The notes under the pieces were generated by a model. That model was given only the letters and a program-made list of their open reading frames with translations, was not told where the DNA came from and did not search any database. A DNA stretch of 43,753 nucleotides from Priapulus caudatus (Eukaryota): positions 455,989 to 499,741 of the forward strand of contig NW_014577082.1 of NCBI RefSeq assembly GCF_000485595.1, in the 5' to 3' direction. Shown here in pieces: positions 38,602 to 43,753 of this stretch (the stretch's first letter is position 1; every line of letters starts with the position of its first letter). The position numbers were made by a program, and so were the translations under genes.

Positions 38602-39020
38602 GAGCGTCCAGTTTCGGGCGAGCGTCCAAATACGCCGGTGGACGCTCGTAGTAGACTACTGCGCATATTGCGCATGCGCTGTGTGCTCTCTTGCAAAACA
38701 AGAGGCACCTGCGCGCATGCGCACTTAGGAGCGTCCAGTTTCGGGCGAGCGTCCAAATACGCCGGTGGACGCTCGTAGTAGACTACTGCGCATATTGCGC
38801 ATGCGCTGTGTGCTCTCTTGCAAAACAAGAGGCACCTGCGCGCATGCGCACTTAGGAGCGTCCAGTTTCGGGCGAGCGTCCAAATACGCCGGTTGGACGC
38901 TCGTAGTAGAGTACTGCGCATATTGCGCATGCGCTGTGTGCTCTCTTGCAAAACAAGAGGCGCCTGCGCGCATGCGCACTTAGGAGCGTCCAGTTTCGGG
39001 CGAGCGTCCAAATACGCCGG
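38602..39020. repeat. 127-bp satellite, ~3.3 near-identical units, truncated by an N-gap
   Basis: Units start at 38602, 38729, 38856, 38984 with GAGCGTCCAGTTTCGGGCGAGCGTCC. Confidence 0.95.
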
Positions 39021-40967
39021 TACAGGCGGACTGTCTTTTAATTAATGTTAGCAATCCCAGACCATCGATATTACAATATATTAATAATGAAATGCATATA
39101 GTTTATATAGTTAGAGTATTGAGTATAGTTGCTCATGAACGTAACCTTTTACAGTGACTCTTAATTAATTAGGTAGATATTATATATCAAGAGTTAATAA
39201 AAACAAATATGTTATTATTTACTCCTGATAACGTTATTAATAATTATGATTCACTGTAAATGTTACGCACGTGAGTAAAATATATTTAATTCGATAGCAC
39301 GTTTTAATTATTGACATTTTTAATCATTTGAAAATAAAATTTATAGCTGGATCAAGAGAAAAACATGTTATGCATCTATATGACGAATTCACGCGTACTC
39401 GATCTACAACAAACAGCAGTCCATTGCGATAACATGAGTGGACAGACTACGTATTTCATCATCTGCGGCACCCTAGTATGACCAAAGATCATGACGACGT
39501 CACTCTGACGCATCGATCACGCCACCATATACGGTTAGTGTGCTGTGCTTAGCCGCGTGCGTAAGCTTTCGTAATCACTTGAATTAGTAATTTCTACCGA
39601 ATAGCGCGCGCCGAATTCCCCATTGCTTCCCGATGAAGTGCTATACGAAGTATAGTGATTACAACCCAACCAAACAATTGTGCAATTACAAAATATCACG
39701 TGTACGCCTTCTCGCTCCACGGCAGTCAGTGCGCGCACACGTTCGCATTGCTACCGTTGCAATAATACGCGGGTTAGCGGCGTCACGCATGACAGGTAGC
39801 GCAGCGCATACCTGTCTTGCCACTCCCCATGCGTACGGGGAATTTTCACGGCTGCGCATGCGCGTGATTGAATGCTGGAAGCGCAGATATTCCCTTCGCT
39901 TGCGGTCTCGGCTAACGTCCAAAGTTCGCCTGTTCGCACGTACGTGCACGTAGAAACGAAGTCACAGGTCGTGGCAACCAGGCAATCATTCCTTATCGTA
40001 TCAACCTACCCCTGCCACGTTCGAGGATTATTGATTGATTCGCTTCGTACCTCGACCTCTGTCGTGTTACGGTTAGGAGGTGCTGCCGCCGTACAGGTAA
40101 GGCGATGAGTGGTTGGAGGTCGTACGTTCGTTGTTTGTAGCCGTCAGCCACACGGTTACAGAGTTCAACTCGTCTGAGTGGCTGCGCACTGTACACCTCG
40201 AGGACGCGTGTTTGACGACCATCTGTGCTGCGTGTAGATATATACCGTCGAGTATTGACTTGTCGATGAGATCTGTCGATCTGTGCATGTTTGTTTCGCG
40301 CACGGTGTGCGTGTGTGTGAATGGAAGACAACGAAAGGTCTGCGTTTTTGCTTCCAGCTTTCGTTGAGGTCGGGAAAGCTTGCATGGTAGTCGCTGGCGT
40401 GAATACATGCACTCCAAAGATCAGCAGCAGACACCCACAGCACCGATGCCTTTCTTTCAAAGGTAAGCACGCATATATCCCGTACACATGTACATGTACT
40501 GGTGTATGTATACATGTATGCCCGCTGCCAACCTGATAGTGATAGTGATACGTTGACTAGAGAAAGAGAATGGAAATAAAAGCTATAAGGCGACTAAGGC
40601 GCTAAGTGTTGTGGGTCTGGGCGGTCCGTGTTTATAGTTCTGTTTACCCTGCAATTGGGTAATTGCACCGTTCACTTTACCTGTGATTGTTTTGTTCAAT
40701 TGGTGCTGAGTATGCAAGTATGTTTAGGTGCAGGTATACTGAGGTATTGCAAGGTCATGTAGTACGTATATATATCGTTACCATGCATATATGTTATCCT
40801 TGGGCCCATACATGCATCGTCTACCTTCTACCGAACATGCATGGGCATTATAAATGCAAATTAAAGCAATGAATGAAATCACTGCATGGGCACTAATTGG
40901 ATGGTTAGGTGTCAACAAGACTAAATATATAGTATTACTCAATAAGTACGTGTTTATATGTGTACTG

Positions 40968-41132
40968 CAGGGGCGTGAACAGGATTTGTACCCGGGGGGG
41001 GGGGTCTAACCATAACCCAAACTTGCGAGCACGCGAAGGGGGGGTCTGGGGTCCAGAATTTTTTTTAAATTAGACCCCCTTAGATGCGTTTTCTGCATTA
41101 GACCCCCTGGACCCCTCCTGGGCACGCCCCTG
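40968..41132. mobile_element. Small MITE (degenerate homologue at ~38155-38345)
   Basis: TIRs CAGGGGCGTG / CACGCCCCTG, flanked by GTACTG on both sides. Confidence 0.7.
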
Positions 41133-42373
41133 GTACTGTACACTCAAGAGCATGATTACCGTTAGTGTTGGGAGTAGCCCGACCAGGCTGTGCGACGGAT
41201 TGTCTATACGGGTATTCTAACCCTAGCAATACCGTTTCTTGGAGCTAGTGTTGGGAGGTGATTTTCGATCGAAATTTCAATACCCACTGTATTTGATAGA
41301 TCGCACACATGGGCAGCTATGGATACGTAGAAATTATGTATGTATAGCCTCCCAAACAGTTCCAAATCTCCGCATTAACAATTCTTAAATTTAGAAAAGT
41401 GCTAATATCTCCATTTTAGAAATGCTGAAGTTGTTGATTTTTCAAACGCTATTTCTTGAAACTTACAACTCTGATTCAAACTTAATTTATTACGTTTCAA
41501 TGCTAACATATCAATTGAACAAAATTAAGTTCCCTGGAATTTTTTTAAAATATTATATTTTATAAGTTATGGCTCGCTGTTTACGAAATTGTTGCGTTTT
41601 GAAAATCACTTCAAATTTTCGTACATATCTTTTCAACTTATTTCCTATTTCCTTTTTTCCTATTCGCATTTAAAAAAAATTCCAGGGACTCTTTTTTAGT
41701 TCATATTATGAACAACTTATTGTGCAACTCTGCTGTCTCTTAGAAATAACAAAAACAAACATTTTTTTGTATAAATTCACAATTTTTGCCGTCACTTAAT
41801 TAGCGATGAATTCTTTTCATTATTTTTTCATCGAGAGCGTAGAGAGACATCTCTCTTATGTAATGGATATGAGCTTGAATTTGATGAGCAGTTATGTTGC
41901 AATGCCCTTTACAGTATTACCCGTCCGTAGCCCAACAGTATCCTTTAAAAATAAGAGTTTGGACTGTATTAGACACGCACAGTTGCAAACTTCGCTGCTA
42001 CCTGCACATATGTTATGCTGTAGCTATTATGTTATGCAGTGCAGCTATATAGCACTTCTATACACTTCTACAGCATAGCAGCAGTTAGCTCCCGCTGCTG
42101 GTTAGTGAGGGTTGTAAAGGTAACCGCCATTTAATCGCAATGACCTTGTTTGCTTTGGTTATATCTCAATTCACCTGCAGAATCGTATGTGTGCAAGGTT
42201 TGAATGTAAAAAATATGTGGCTTAGGAGGCAGAATCTTCATGTAGGTTGATGGGTTTCATTGATTATCATAGGGTAATCAGGGTATCATAGGGTAACGAG
42301 GTGACCAGGGATATTCCCTATAATAATTATAATACTGAGCAGCAACTCTTACCTTGAAACCTGCAACCTAAAC

Positions 42374-42819
42374 GGGGGCAGCCCTATAGATCGAAGGTCC
42401 GATATATAGACCGAAGGTCCGATAGACCGAATGTTGCAAAGGGAATTAGTGTTAGAGTTAGGGTTATAGGGTTAGGGTTAGGGTTAGTGTTAGGGTAGCC
42501 CGACCAGGCTGTGCGACGGATTGTCTATACAGACCAGGGTATTCTAACCCTAGCAATACCGTTTCTTGGAGCTAGGGTTAGGGTTAGTTAGGGTTAGGGT
42601 TAGTTAGGGTTAGGGTTAGGGCATATATATGGTTTATAGTGGCATCATATGATTTATAGTGGCATCGGTGGATGTGCGGCATATTCACGTTCAAATACGG
42701 CATCAGTGGATGTCCGGATGCGTAGCCTGGAGGCTAGGCGACCGATTCCGGACGTGTAGCCACTGCGTATTCGAATAAACCTTCGGTCTATCGGGCCTTC
42801 GGTCTATAGGACTGTAACC
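42374..42819. mobile_element. TIR element carrying an internal (TTAGGG)n array
   Basis: Arms CCTATAGATCGAAGGTCCGATA...GACCGAA and TTCGGTCTATCGGGCCTTCGGTCTATAGG; TTAGGG repeats at ~42446-42620. Confidence 0.75.
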
Positions 42820-43307
42820 AATTAAACCACGGCGTGACCTCGATTTTCCCCTGTCGGACACTACAAATTCTGATCAGTCAGGGTCGAACCAGCTATAGTG
42901 CACCTTATTATGTTTGCAACAATATTCCCAAACATTGCTAAACACTGTCTCAGTGGTATATAGTGGTATGTAAGGCGACTGCTTAGTACTATAGTCGAGG
43001 CTATCATTATCTGTACGCTCCAGATTTAGCCATTGAGGCGACAATAGCTTAACTTGCATGCCTCACAGTTAAGTCAGAGAAACTAGACTGTGGAAGCATG
43101 GATGATGGACACCTATTCGTCCAGTAACCATGCACTAACCAGTGAATAGCAATGTGTTGTATCTGACTGGTTTGCTTTGATTTGACTCTGGAGCCAAGCG
43201 AAGACAAGTTAAATATAACTGTCTATATATGCTATTGAAATATCATTCGTGATATCGCTTACCAATTAAGTTTAGAATTGATAATAACTTGCACACTTTA
43301 TCTTACC

Positions 43308-43753
43308 CAGGGGCGTAGATAGCGGGGGGGATGGGGGGGATGCATCCCCCCCCACTTATTGACGTGGGGGGGATGGCGTGTACAATCATCCCCCCCTACT
43401 TTCAGGAGGAAAATGGGGGATTCAAAATTTTCTGGGGGAGGACCCGCATACCCCCGCATGTTTCTTACCACCCTCCTCGAAATCCTGCATTGGCCACTGT
43501 CGAGCGTAACAAATTTAGCACCCCCACTTCAAAAATCGTCCCGCGGCGCCTGTAGAGTACTGCTAACAAAGATTATGATTATGAATATTTGTATGCATAT
43601 CAAAAGTCAAATTTGGGTTCATCTGACAGGGGCGTAGATAGCGGGGGGATGGGGGTATATCCCCCCACACTTATTGAGGTGGGGTGGCTTTCATCACCCC
43701 CTACTTTCAGGAAGAAAATGGGGAAAAGTTCAATATTTTACAAACAATAAATA
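43308..43753. mobile_element. Two related G/C-rich MITE copies (43308-43552 and 43628 to window end)
   Basis: Both begin CAGGGGCGTAGATAGCGGGGGG; the first ends CGGCGCCTG. Confidence 0.65.

Larger units (their letters stand above)
35610..41335. repeat. Indel-rich tandem duplication (copy 1 ~35610-38580, copy 2 ~39056-41335)
   Basis: Shared anchors in the same order, e.g. GAACGTAACCTTTTACAGTGACTCTTAATTAATTAGG, GTACAGGTAAGGCGATG, CGTCGAGTATTGACTT, TCTGGGCGGTCCGTGTTTATAGTTCTGTTTACCCTGCAATTGGG. Confidence 0.88.

Noticed and set aside
41212..41233. Telomerase RNA gene (template-like CTAACCCTAG)
   Set aside because: The motif lies in a multi-copy ~72-bp repeat with no visible pseudoknot, CR4/5 or H/ACA domain.

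Overview
Intron-rich eukaryotic genomic DNA from an invertebrate animal (TTAGGG-type repeats; species cannot be assigned). It is a draft assembly with three N-gaps (5404-5428, 26240-26249, 38587-38601) and some indel-noisy stretches. Spliced genes reconstructed by hand: the 5' end of a stathmin-family gene (-); RMC1/C18orf8 (+), with a GC-AG intron and a U12-type intron; an AANAT/PAA1-like GNAT acetyltransferase (-); UBA52 ubiquitin-eL40 (-) with a 5'TOP start; and two tandem avidin/streptavidin-like genes (-). The rest is MITEs, an Academ-like element, a 2.8-kb foldback element, satellites, and a 2.3-3 kb indel-rich duplication. The most interesting signals are: (1) splice signals that link the UBA52 3' end to the GNAT gene, suggesting a bicistronic or operon-like unit; (2) the avidin pair, predicted membrane/GPI-anchored versus secreted, with divergence concentrated in the ligand-lid loop; (3) a ~72-bp element that sits in telomere-like repeats; (4) a family of tiny ATCAAGAG...CTCTTGAT hairpin insertions. 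All homology calls are from recalled family motifs; no database search was run.
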